Part shown: positions 1 to 9,400 of the stretch, in pieces
Numbering within the stretch: the stretch's first letter is position 1
How the letters are laid out: each line of letters begins with the position of its first letter
NCBI GenBank assembly: GCA_032161105.1
Contig: JAVHTD010000035.1
DNA length: 18,703 nucleotides
Strand: one strand, 5' to 3'
Source of the DNA: Candidatus Thermosaccharophagus tengchongensis
GTDB taxonomy: Bacteria > Armatimonadota > Fervidibacteria > Fervidibacterales > Thermosaccharophagaceae
Position numbers and translations under genes: made by a program
Notes under the pieces: model-generated
Databases searched by the model: none
What the model was told of the DNA's origin: nothing
What the model saw: the letters and a program-made list of their open reading frames with translations, nothing else

Positions 1-1020
1 GTGGACATGCACAAACAGCTTATTCCCCTTGCGTGTGAAGTTGGCGAAGGCGGATCTCTTCACAGCACATGGTTCTGCGCCATAAATAGTGTCCCCGTGC
101 CTCTTCATCCATTCACCAACTTCCTTGAGTATGCGCACGGACTCCTCGGGCACAGTCCCATCTGCCATCGGTCCGATGTTGAGAAGATAATTTCCGCCAT
201 CCCTCGCGCATGTGATCAAGTTGCGCAGGATTTGCTTCGGCGTCTTCCAAGCATCGTCAGCTTTATGGTAGCCCCAACTTTCGTTCATCGTCATGCAAGC
301 TTCCCATGCTCTCCCAACACTCGGGCGTATGTGTTGTTCGGGTGTATCAAAGTCCTCCGGTAAACCTGAGCGGTTGTTTATGATGATGTCCGGTTGCAAC
401 TCTCGCACCATGCGGTTCATTCTCTCCGATTCCCAACCTTCCGCGCTCAACGGCCATGGGACATCATACCAAAGGATGTCAACCTTGCCGTAGTTTGTGC
501 ACAGCTCACGCACTTGCCCGTGAATGTATTCAACGAAACGCCTCCTCGCTTCATCGTCATATGCACAGCGGGCACCATCTGGGTGATGCCAATCCATGAG
601 CGAGTAGTAGAAACCGACCCGTAGTCCCTCTGAGCGCGCGGCTTCAACAAATTCGGCGACTAAGTCCCTCCCGCACACCTTCGGCGCACAGTAGTCGGTG
701 AGCTTTGTGTCAAACAGGCAAAAGCCCTCGTGATGCTTTGTCGTCATGACCATGTATTTCATGCCAGCTTGTTTTGCCAGTTGTGCCCACTCCTTAGCCG
801 GGTATGGCTTTGGTCTGAAGAGCTTCGTCAATTGCTCATACTCAGCCACCGGGATGGCTTCAAGTTCCATGACCCATTCATGCCTTCCAATGATGCTATA
901 GAGCCCCCAGTGTATGAACATGCCGAATTTAGCCTCATGCCACCATTGCATTCGCCTCCTGCGCTCCAACTCAGCCGCATCAGCCGTATCGCATGGTCCG
1001 CCATGCGCTGTCATTCTCAT
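1..1020 (-). CDS. Alpha-L-fucosidase, glycoside hydrolase family 29 (3' end runs off the window)
   Basis: Hand translation of the reverse strand from ATG at 1020 (SD GGAGGT just upstream) is open for 340 codons to base 1: MRMTAHGG...WWHEAKFGMFIHWGLYS...WAQLAKQAGMKYMVMTTKHHEGFCLFDT...GFYYSLMDWHHPD...DILWYD...IINNR...TPEQ...WEACMTMNESWGY...GGNYLLNIGP. These are GH29 motifs; the Asp of WYD is the expected nucleophile. No signal peptide. Not in the ORF track because there is no stop in the window. Confidence 0.96.
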   Translation of the reverse strand, partial: MRMTAHGGPCDTADAAELERRRRMQWWHEAKFGMFIHWGLYSIIGRHEWVMELEAIPVAEYEQLTKLFRPKPYPAKEWAQLAKQAGMKYMVMTTKHHEGFCLFDTKLTDYCAPKVCGRDLVAEFVEAARSEGLRVGFYYSLMDWHHPDGARCAYDDEARRRFVEYIHGQVRELCTNYGKVDILWYDVPWPLSAEGWESERMNRMVRELQPDIIINNRSGLPEDFDTPEQHIRPSVGRAWEACMTMNESWGYHKADDAWKTPKQILRNLITCARDGGNYLLNIGPMADGTVPEESVRILKEVGEWMKRHGDTIYGAEPCAVKRSAFANFTRKGNKLFVHVH

Positions 1021-1115
1021 CCACCTCCCAACCTGTGTAACATTTGCAGGTCTAACTTCGCGGTGAAGTTTATCACAAGCCGCTGAGGGGGAACATGCAC
1101 GGACGGCTAATGAAT

Positions 1116-3545
1116 TTACCTCTCTTGCACGGCTCTCAAGATGAGCATTTGATACACGCGCAGCCTCGGCAGGGCAACTATAGCGGTTGAGCCCTTGATC
1201 CCGCAATTGAGCTCCAGCGGCTGCGCCCTGTCTGGGTCACAGCATGTCACCGCTGCAGTGTGCCATGTAGATGGCACCGGTATGCGCAGTTGAATGCCAT
1301 CAATCTCGCTCACTTTACCCGGGGCAGATTCAACGCATGTGATGTTGTAGTTGAGCACATGAACCAAAAGCAGTTTTGGTTTTTGGGACGGCTCTGCGAA
1401 TGCCGTTATGCGCACGCCGCTCATTCTTCCGCCAGATTCGCACATCGGCTCAGCAATGCTCGGTGGCTTCTCCCAATCCCAGATCTCAAGCCGTTCCCTC
1501 GGTATACCGATAGCCCTTTCAATCGGCACAAAGTTAACCGTCGTCTCTTGATGCTCAAGTATGAGTCGTCCACCGTTTAGCACGAAGCTCCTCAGCGCCG
1601 TGATCTGATTTTGGTTTAGCTCATAATTGCGGCAAACGAGTATGAGCGCCTTTAACCCGATAAGGTCGCTCGGCTCTAAGTCTCGGTCAACTAAGCCATA
1701 GTAAAGGACATGACTTGCCGAGAGATGCTCTGCGACAGTCCTTCCGGCAGCCCTGCCAATCGCCCCGGGGTTGCCACCCCAATAGGCATACAACAATGCG
1801 ATTGACCCATAAGGTATAAGTCCTGAGAGCAAGCTGCCGTGCCTTCGGAAGAATGACCAATACTTCCTGTATGATGTTGTGCCGGGACGAGCATTCACAA
1901 TGAACCTGCCGCCAGATGCAGCGCACTCCGCCAAAGCAAGTTCTGCAACCGGCTCCCAAGCTTTATCCCTCGGTAGATACCAAAGACCCACCATTCTCGC
2001 GCGGCTGTTGAATGTGCAGGATAGCCCGGGTAAGTTTGAGCGGTAAATGTTGCCCAAGGTGAGTTCATCCGCTATTTGAACGCGGTTAGCCACATCAATG
2101 TGGTCGGCATCTGTGTATCGGTATCGGATTCTGATGCCGTAATACCCAACTCGCCTTGGGAGCCATTCGCCATGCAACTCAACTGGTGGGCGGACTGCCC
2201 CTGTAACAATCCTCGGGTCTCCAACGCCGGGCAGCGGACCTAAAGGGATGCTCTCAGATTCGCCAGTTTCAATGTGTATCAGTTCCAACATGGGACTCTC
2301 CATGCAATCCGCATCTGTGTTGCTGTCGCCGACGCGCTTCACACGCATTACGAATTTGACCGGCTTGCCAAGCCGTGCCACTTGCGGATATTGTAGGTCC
2401 ATAGCCAGTTCAACAAACAAGTCCCTGTGTATGGCTTCATACGGCACTGTTGCAATTCGTTCCTCAGCGCCATCTGCAACGAGAAGGAGCGCATTGGGTG
2501 ATGGTGGTGGCTCGCCAATTATTGTGCACCCCGGGGGTTGAATGCTTTCAAACATGAATAGGTCGCAACCATCACCATACGGGATGGCTCTTTGGAAGTC
2601 CCCAACATTCGCGAATGTTTTGAAGCCTGCTTTTACCCTCTTACCCTCCTCCCTCAGCATTGCCAGCCTATCCCGAACAACAGCGACATGCCACCTGTTT
2701 ATCAATGGGCGAAGGTTGCGGTTGCGAACGCTTATCTCTCCCACACCGTCTGTGCCGCAGATCTTGGCGAGCACAGCAGCGTTGAAGTTCTCCCTCACCC
2801 ACCTTTGGAACGCCCTCTCACAATGCTCACACTCATCCCCGCCAGCTATGGCATTGTCAACAAAAACTCCATCATAGCCGCACATGGCGATTAACCTGAC
2901 GATGGCTGCACTGAACTTGTTCCAAGATGGGTTATTTGGGCAAACCGCATAGCGATGCAGCGGCGCAAAGTATGATGGAGTGTATCCATAGGGAGATTCT
3001 ATGCGCCTACCTTGCGCATCTCGCATTATCCAAAGTGTCGGTGGTTCTTCCGGCTTTGGACCGAGCCAGCGCGCATAATCATCCCACCTCTGATAAAACG
3101 CGAAGAAGCCCTCGTTCTTTTCGTGGTCGCCGGCGATCGTGAAGTGGCAAATGTATGGCATCACCAAATTAACCCCGACATCGTGCAGTCGCTTCACTGC
3201 AGCCGTGATGAGCGAAATTTTCCTCTCAAGCTCATCCGGTGAGAGCAAGCGAATTGCATCTCGGTTAAGCGTGTGCTTCGGTCCACCGGTGTATTGGTTC
3301 TCGCCGGCCATCAAGGGTATCGGTCCCCAAATGTGCGTTATTGGCACGGCTTTACCTATGTGAAGTAGGTCCGGAGGCATGCCCTCAAACTCATCAGCTG
3401 CAGCCGGATCTGTGATCCACTTATCGCTGTAGTCAATCACATAGATGATTGGCGCACAGCTTCGCTGTGTCAGGGCAACGGCGTTGGTTAAGGCAATGAA
3501 GAGTAGCGCTGCCACGATGCACGCTTGAATCGCCACTTTCACCAC
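1116..3545 (-). CDS. Secreted putative glycoside hydrolase-like protein (TIM barrel + GH42-like trimerisation domain + C-terminal beta-sandwich), family unassigned
   Basis: 809-aa ORF; hydrophobic N-terminus ending AVA; CPNNPSW...GYDGVFVDN...DECEHCERAF resembles barrel and Cys-cluster motifs of GH42-like proteins; SIALLY...LKALIL...LRSFVLNGGRLIL resembles the GATase-like trimerisation domain; LLVHVLNY in the C-terminal sandwich. Exact start uncertain (GTG at 3545, 3542 or 3536). Confidence 0.65.
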   Translation of the reverse strand: MVKVAIQACIVAALLFIALTNAVALTQRSCAPIIYVIDYSDKWITDPAAADEFEGMPPDLLHIGKAVPITHIWGPIPLMAGENQYTGGPKHTLNRDAIRLLSPDELERKISLITAAVKRLHDVGVNLVMPYICHFTIAGDHEKNEGFFAFYQRWDDYARWLGPKPEEPPTLWIMRDAQGRRIESPYGYTPSYFAPLHRYAVCPNNPSWNKFSAAIVRLIAMCGYDGVFVDNAIAGGDECEHCERAFQRWVRENFNAAVLAKICGTDGVGEISVRNRNLRPLINRWHVAVVRDRLAMLREEGKRVKAGFKTFANVGDFQRAIPYGDGCDLFMFESIQPPGCTIIGEPPPSPNALLLVADGAEERIATVPYEAIHRDLFVELAMDLQYPQVARLGKPVKFVMRVKRVGDSNTDADCMESPMLELIHIETGESESIPLGPLPGVGDPRIVTGAVRPPVELHGEWLPRRVGYYGIRIRYRYTDADHIDVANRVQIADELTLGNIYRSNLPGLSCTFNSRARMVGLWYLPRDKAWEPVAELALAECAASGGRFIVNARPGTTSYRKYWSFFRRHGSLLSGLIPYGSIALLYAYWGGNPGAIGRAAGRTVAEHLSASHVLYYGLVDRDLEPSDLIGLKALILVCRNYELNQNQITALRSFVLNGGRLILEHQETTVNFVPIERAIGIPRERLEIWDWEKPPSIAEPMCESGGRMSGVRITAFAEPSQKPKLLLVHVLNYNITCVESAPGKVSEIDGIQLRIPVPSTWHTAAVTCCDPDRAQPLELNCGIKGSTAIVALPRLRVYQMLILRAVQER

Positions 3546-3550
3546 CTGAC

Positions 3551-4846
3551 CTATGGTGGGAAGCCCGGCAGTGCAATTTCGTTCTCCCTCGGCAATTCAA
3601 CTGTCCCGTTGATGAAGTCCTCAGCGCTTGGCTTTAGCGCGAGGTTGTAAAGTTCTGGGTTCTTGTTTGGGTCGCCCATTATCTCGCTCCAAAAGACTTG
3701 CCGACCGGTGTATGCTGATATGCGTCCCATAATTGCCGTCGCAGTTGATTCAGCGAGGTCCTTAGCTTGGTTTACCGGGATGCCCTTGGCGACATAGTAA
3801 AGCGTGTCAATCTGCTCTTGGACATGGCTGCTTGGACCCCTTGGGAGGTCCGGTGGTATCGGTGATTGCTTTGGCTTTGGATAGTCTGCACCGTTGGTGC
3901 GACCCCTTTCGTAGACGAAGTCATGCCCGACCCAATTCCAGCAGCCATTCACTTGCCTGCACATTGAGTGTATATGCACGCCATCACCGTAGTCGTAGTC
4001 AACGCTAAAGAAGTCGTATTGATCACCGGCATTGCGCCTTGCCCTCCCGCCAAACCCGACGGCGCTCACCGGCGGTCTGCCGACAAACCAATTTGCGATG
4101 TCTATGTTGTGGATATGCTGTTCAACGATATGGTCGCCGGATAGGCAAACCCAATTTTGCCAAGTGCGCACAAGGTCATCGGCATTCTTCGGGTTGATTG
4201 GGCGAGCGGAGAACATATGCCCAATGCAAAATGCCACACGCCCGTAAAAGAGCCTCCCGAGTGCACCCTCAACTGCCACAGCCTGATGAGTGAGCCTGAA
4301 GTTGAAGTCGTGGCGCATCTCCGTCCCCGATGTTATAACCAAGCCCTTCTTTTGCGCCACCTCCGCAGCCGCAATAACTCGCCTGCATCCCGGCGGGTCA
4401 ACAGCGCACGGTTTCTCAATGAATGCGTGTTTTCCAGCCTTGACGACCGCTTCAAGATGTATCGGACGAAACGCCGGCGGCTCGCAAAGAAGGACTATCT
4501 CAACATCCGTCTCAAGCAGTGCCTCATACGCCCTCGGTCCGCCGAAGCATCTCTCTTCAGGAACGCCAAATCTCTTTCCGGCATCAATGGCGCGCTCACG
4601 AAACCAGTCGGCAAGCGCTACTATGCGCACATCAAAGCCGAGTATCTTTCCAGCCTCAATTGCATCAGCGAGCGCGCCCCTACCTCTACCGCCGCACCCG
4701 ATAAGACCGATTTTGAAGGTCTTCGCTTGCGGCTTGACGACGATCGCCGGAAAGCCTGTGGCGCAAATTGCGGCGCCAGCTACAACAGCCCTCCGGACGA
4801 ATTGACGCCTCGTGAGTTTCTCATCACCGCCACTTGAGTTAGCCAT
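3551..4846 (-). CDS. Gfo/Idh/MocA family NAD(P)-dependent oxidoreductase with twin-arginine signal
   Basis: TRRQF Tat motif followed by a hydrophobic stretch; Rossmann IGLIGCGGRG; FIEKP; GDHIVEQHIHNID. Start placed at ATG 4846 because the SD-like GGGGGTGA overlaps the longer ORF's first codons (ORF track start 4864). Confidence 0.92.
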   Translation of the reverse strand: MANSSGGDEKLTRRQFVRRAVVAGAAICATGFPAIVVKPQAKTFKIGLIGCGGRGRGALADAIEAGKILGFDVRIVALADWFRERAIDAGKRFGVPEERCFGGPRAYEALLETDVEIVLLCEPPAFRPIHLEAVVKAGKHAFIEKPCAVDPPGCRRVIAAAEVAQKKGLVITSGTEMRHDFNFRLTHQAVAVEGALGRLFYGRVAFCIGHMFSARPINPKNADDLVRTWQNWVCLSGDHIVEQHIHNIDIANWFVGRPPVSAVGFGGRARRNAGDQYDFFSVDYDYGDGVHIHSMCRQVNGCWNWVGHDFVYERGRTNGADYPKPKQSPIPPDLPRGPSSHVQEQIDTLYYVAKGIPVNQAKDLAESTATAIMGRISAYTGRQVFWSEIMGDPNKNPELYNLALKPSAEDFINGTVELPRENEIALPGFPP

Positions 4847-4892
4847 CGCCATCACCCCCCACACTAAGGCTTTTTGGCGTTAGCCGGTGCCT

Positions 4893-6449
4893 TTAAAGCT
4901 TGCGAATGCGTATGTCCCTTACAGCCCCAGTCGTGCGCCATGTCGCAATGCCGAATGGTATTGACGGTTCGCACTCCCATCGGATTGAAATTTGCTTCCC
5001 CTCAATGACTGCGTCAACAATCTTCTGCGAGTCAAGCCATGCCTCAATCTTGTGCTTCGTCACCCTAACCCTCACCCGATACCATCGTCCGTTCTTGAAC
5101 TGGATGAACCGTGTCGTCTCATTCTGCGAGGCATCAAACCCATCTATGCATGACAGCCCTACGACACTCCCACCCCATCCACCGAGTATCAACGAGCAGT
5201 GGCTATCACCAACTGGGAATGTGAGACCGCAGAAGAAATCAGAGCCGTCAACTCGCATCCCCTGAAGAGTCACCTCGTAATCAATGCGCGGCAGCTCACC
5301 AGCCCAAGTTATGCCGGTCATGTCATTCCCCGCAAGCATGACGACGCGGTCGTTCTCAACGAACACTTCGTTTCTACCAAAGAAGTTGCTCTCCTTCCAT
5401 CCGGCGAGGGTTTGTCCGTCAAACATGAACTGCCATCCCTCTTTCGGGAGCGTCACCGCCCCAATGTCGGTCACTTGATTTGGATTGGCTGAGACATCGC
5501 TTATCGTATATCTCGGGCGCAAATCTCCCTTCATGCGCACATCCAAGCAATGGATTCCGTGTGTCAATCCGGTGAGCACAAATGAGCCATCGTCTTGGAC
5601 TGCGGCTTCGGAATAGCAATCAATTGCGCCATGTGCATATGCAGCAGCTTCGCTTGCTGCTTGCATGCGCTCACTCGGGAATGTCCCAGTTTGCACGGAA
5701 ATGATGCAACCCCTTGCCGGCTCACCGTCACCGAAAAGCAACCGACCGCGAATTGACCCGCCATGTTGCAACTTAAGTTCTATTCGCTGCACGCCATCGC
5801 CCGGCGTCACTTCAATGCACCTGAACAGCATCCGCGCAAACTTGCCCTCTTTATCCCCCTCCACATCCTCAACCCAAACATCGTAAAGCCCACCCGGCAA
5901 ATCATCAATTCGTGCCGCTCCAGCATCTCCTGACCATACCCCTTTCGTGTTTATGGTGATCTCACCATACATGTTGTAGATATGGAGTAGAGCCCTTCTT
6001 CCAAGCCGCTTTCCGTCCGGCGCCTCAATTGCGAACTCAACGGACTCTCTAACCGAGTCAAGTCGGACTTTGCCCAGGTCAACCTTCACGCCGTCCTCTT
6101 TTGGAGCGATGATCGGCGTGACTGAACTGCACGACAAAGTGCCTTTGAAGTATGCGCACAAAAAGAGGCGCTCCATCGGCTCAGCGGTCACGGGCAACTC
6201 AAACGAGCCATCAGCGTTAAGCTTCGTCATCCCAGAAAGCCTCCGTGCATCGTTCGGTATGACCGCATGCACAACGGTTGAAGCGCATATCACCCATTCG
6301 TCAGCCTTACCCGGTATGGATTGGGCTTTGCCTACAACTGTGAAGCTGACTTTGCCGGCGCATTGTGTATCCATCGTCTGATGAGCGAGCAGAGTTAATG
6401 TGATGGAAAGCAAAAGCACAGTTGCGGTGTGCTTCCGGAGAGCAAGCAT
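4893..6449 (-). CDS. Exported protein: carboxypeptidase-regulatory-like beta-sandwich repeats fused to a C-terminal DUF1080 (3-keto-disaccharide hydrolase-like) domain
   Basis: N-terminal hydrophobic segment; repeats such as ARIDDLPGGLYDVWV and GSIRGRLL...DDGSFVLTGLTHG; C-terminal domain begins WQFMFDGQTLAGW and ends AVRDIRIRKL, typical DUF1080 boundaries. SD GGAGGTGA favours ATG 6449 over GTG 6458. Confidence 0.78.
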   Translation of the reverse strand: MLALRKHTATVLLLSITLTLLAHQTMDTQCAGKVSFTVVGKAQSIPGKADEWVICASTVVHAVIPNDARRLSGMTKLNADGSFELPVTAEPMERLFLCAYFKGTLSCSSVTPIIAPKEDGVKVDLGKVRLDSVRESVEFAIEAPDGKRLGRRALLHIYNMYGEITINTKGVWSGDAGAARIDDLPGGLYDVWVEDVEGDKEGKFARMLFRCIEVTPGDGVQRIELKLQHGGSIRGRLLFGDGEPARGCIISVQTGTFPSERMQAASEAAAYAHGAIDCYSEAAVQDDGSFVLTGLTHGIHCLDVRMKGDLRPRYTISDVSANPNQVTDIGAVTLPKEGWQFMFDGQTLAGWKESNFFGRNEVFVENDRVVMLAGNDMTGITWAGELPRIDYEVTLQGMRVDGSDFFCGLTFPVGDSHCSLILGGWGGSVVGLSCIDGFDASQNETTRFIQFKNGRWYRVRVRVTKHKIEAWLDSQKIVDAVIEGKQISIRWECEPSIPFGIATWRTTGAVRDIRIRKL

Positions 6450-6486
6450 CTTCATCACCTCCGTCCCGTGTGTTCCGCGGCGAGTA

Positions 6487-9400
6487 TCAGCATGTTTTTA
6501 AAGCCTTCGCCACTCCATCAACGATGCGCAAAATCGCAGCATATGATGCGCTGGTAATCTTTTCCCATTCGCTTAAAAGACGGGCTGCAGCTTCACTCGG
6601 TGAACGCGCCCCGGTTAGGTGCATAGCCAAATATGAGAACGATGCGTCATTTACGCTTATGCTCCTAACCTGTGGCGATTTGAGGAGTGTGATTGAGGCT
6701 TTCACTGCCCTCAAAAACTCATGCGCTCTCAGCAGTGCCCTCGCATCCTCTTCGCCGAGGAGCTGCAGCTTTGCAGCCGTGTCAATTGCCCTCGCATAGC
6801 TGTGATGCCTCAGCTGGCGGTGCTCGCGAGCATATGCCAGCTGGATCAGCGTTGCCGCAAATTGCAAGTCTGAGAGCCCACCGCGAACATGCTTTGGGTC
6901 AATGGTGTCCTTCTGTGGCGTGTGTTCCCTTTGTATTGTCAGCCAGAGCGTTAGCAGCTCTTCAATCATCCCTCCTTCCAGAAACTGCCCGTGCATTTCC
7001 TCCCATGCCATTTCAATCAACCGATTGGACTTTTCCCAACTCCCAGCGATGTGGCGCATCCTCGGCAGCGAGAGAAGATGCCATGGTTCAAGCATTCTCA
7101 GAGCCGCATGCCATCCCTCTTCTGAATGCGATAATGAAGTGCCACCCAATGGGCGCAGGCGAACATCAACCCTATAGGCAATGCCATCCTCGGTGTTGTC
7201 TGAAAGGAGCTTGATCAGGCGTATGGTGGTTTCCTCTGCGCCATCCCATCCGGATTCGTGGATGAACGACAGGTCTAAGTCAGACGCGTAGTGTAGCTCT
7301 TGAGCGCCCAATCCGCCGAACCCCAGCACAGCTATTTGCACATTGTGTTCGTGTGGTATTGCTGTAGCCTCATCGGCTCTCAATGAATGGCGCAATGCCG
7401 CATTGATTACGATGTCGGCAATTGCGGCGAGGGCAAAGGATGCCTCAACTGTGTTGAGGATGCCGTTGACTTCCATAAAGCCCACGCGCAGGCTCTCTCT
7501 GTGCTTGAACCTTCTGAGGAGATGCATTGCTTCCCTATCCGTCCTTGCGGACATGATGCGTTCGGACAGCTGGTAGCGAAGCGTTTCAATCTCCATTGCC
7601 CTTCTCATTGGTTCCCTAAGCACCGCTTCCAAATGCTCCGGGTAGCGCATCATCAGGTCGCTCAAAAACTCGGAGAAGGAAATGCACCTTAGGAGCATAC
7701 GGAGGGTGACTTCATTTGAGCACAATGATGAGATGAACGCCGCCCTGTTTCCGATCGCTGTTGAAAGCTGCTCCAGACGCTGTATAGCTGCATCCGGGCT
7801 GACGGTTTGAGATGCAGCCCTTAGCACTGTCGGGAGGGAACGCAGCACCGCTATCCTTTCCCTCGCGCTCAGGTTAACTCCAGCTGGTCCTTTAAGCAGC
7901 AGGCGCAATGCCTTCATTGTATCGCTCGCATTGGCAAAGCCATATTCCGAGAGCTGCCTTGCCAATGCCAATTCATCATCCAGCGCAATTGACCCCACAT
8001 CCTCAAAAGCTCTCCTAACGATGCTGTCAAGCTCGTTCAATATGCGCTCGTAAATTGAGCGCACCCTATCGGTGTGCATCCTGTAGTCCGAGATGAGCGA
8101 GTTGACTGGATCTTTTGTGTAGCCCATTCTCCTTGCGACCCTTTCAAGCTCATCTTGTGATTCAGGCAGCTCATGCATCGGCAGGTGCTCGGCTATCTGA
8201 AGCATGTGCTCAAGCTTTCTCAGGAAGATGTAGCTTTCCCGGAGGGAGTTAGCCTCCTCATCCGTGAGCAGCGATAGCTTGTGTAGTTCGTCAATCGCGC
8301 ACAGCGTGTTTGTCGTCTTCAGGGCATCAAATCTGCTGCCGAGGGTAAGCTGCAGCAGCTGCACCACAAATTCAATGTCCCTTATTCCGCCACGCCCAAC
8401 TTTAACATCAGCGTGCGAGCGCGCCATCCCTTCACTGTGCCTCTTTATCTCCAGCAACGAGGCAAAGGCGTTGTGCTCAAATGGTGCCATGTAGACATAG
8501 CTTTCGGCGAACCGCTCAAAGCGCAAAGCGAGCCTCACATCGCCGGCTATCGGTCTCGCCTTTATCAACGCCATTCGCTCCCAAGCCCTCGCCCAAGATT
8601 CGTAATAGCTCATCATCGCTCCCCACTCAAGCGCAATAGGACCATCCCGTCCATATGGGCGAAGGCGCAAGTCAACTCTATATGCGCATCCATAGTCGGT
8701 GACTTCCGATAGACCCTTAAGCAAAGCTTGCGATAGCTTCTCTGCGGTGAGTGTGGCAATGCGCCTTAAATGCTCCTCATCGCCGCTTGAAGTTGGACTG
8801 CACAATGCCCATGAGAGGATTGAGTCCCTGTCAAATGAGAACATCAAGTCAATGTCAGAACTGTAGTTGAGCTCCATCCCGCCGAGCTTCCCAAGAGCTA
8901 TGACGAGGAAGCCGCACTCCTGCTGAGGGATGTTTGCGCCAACTTGCTTTAATGCTATGTCAAGCCCAGCCCTTACAACAGCTTCGGCGAGCGCTGTAAG
9001 TTCGGATAGGACATCCTCACAGCGCATCATGCCGAGTATATCAGCTGCAATTATTCTCAATGACTCCCTTCGCCTGAACCTGCGCAGGCTCTCCCACTTT
9101 CGCTTTGTCTCCTTAAAGGCATTGACTGTCAGCATTGCCTCCCTCGCCATTGCTTCAAAACCCTTAGGTGTGCGCAGCTGGCTGACCGGGAAGAGCAAGC
9201 TCAAATACTCCGGGTGAAGGCAAAGCGTGTCTGCGGCGTAGTTACTTGTGCCGAGGAGTTTGATGAGCGCATACAATGTTGCCATGCTGTCCTTGAGCCA
9301 TTGAAGCAGGCGCAGCTTTCCGGCGGCATCGCATAACCGTTCAAAGTTCACAAGTGCCAAGTCAGGGTCTGGCGACAACCTAAACGCCTCAAGCAGTTCG

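Noticed and set aside
1..1086. Plus-strand ORFs 1-363, 293-493, 394-624, 730-1086 and minus ORF 447-650
   Set aside because: Shadow frames of the GH29 gene on the reverse strand; no recognisable motifs.
4157..4837. 226-aa and 171-aa plus-strand ORFs
   Set aside because: Antisense to a well-supported Gfo/Idh/MocA gene; sequence looks like a shadow translation.
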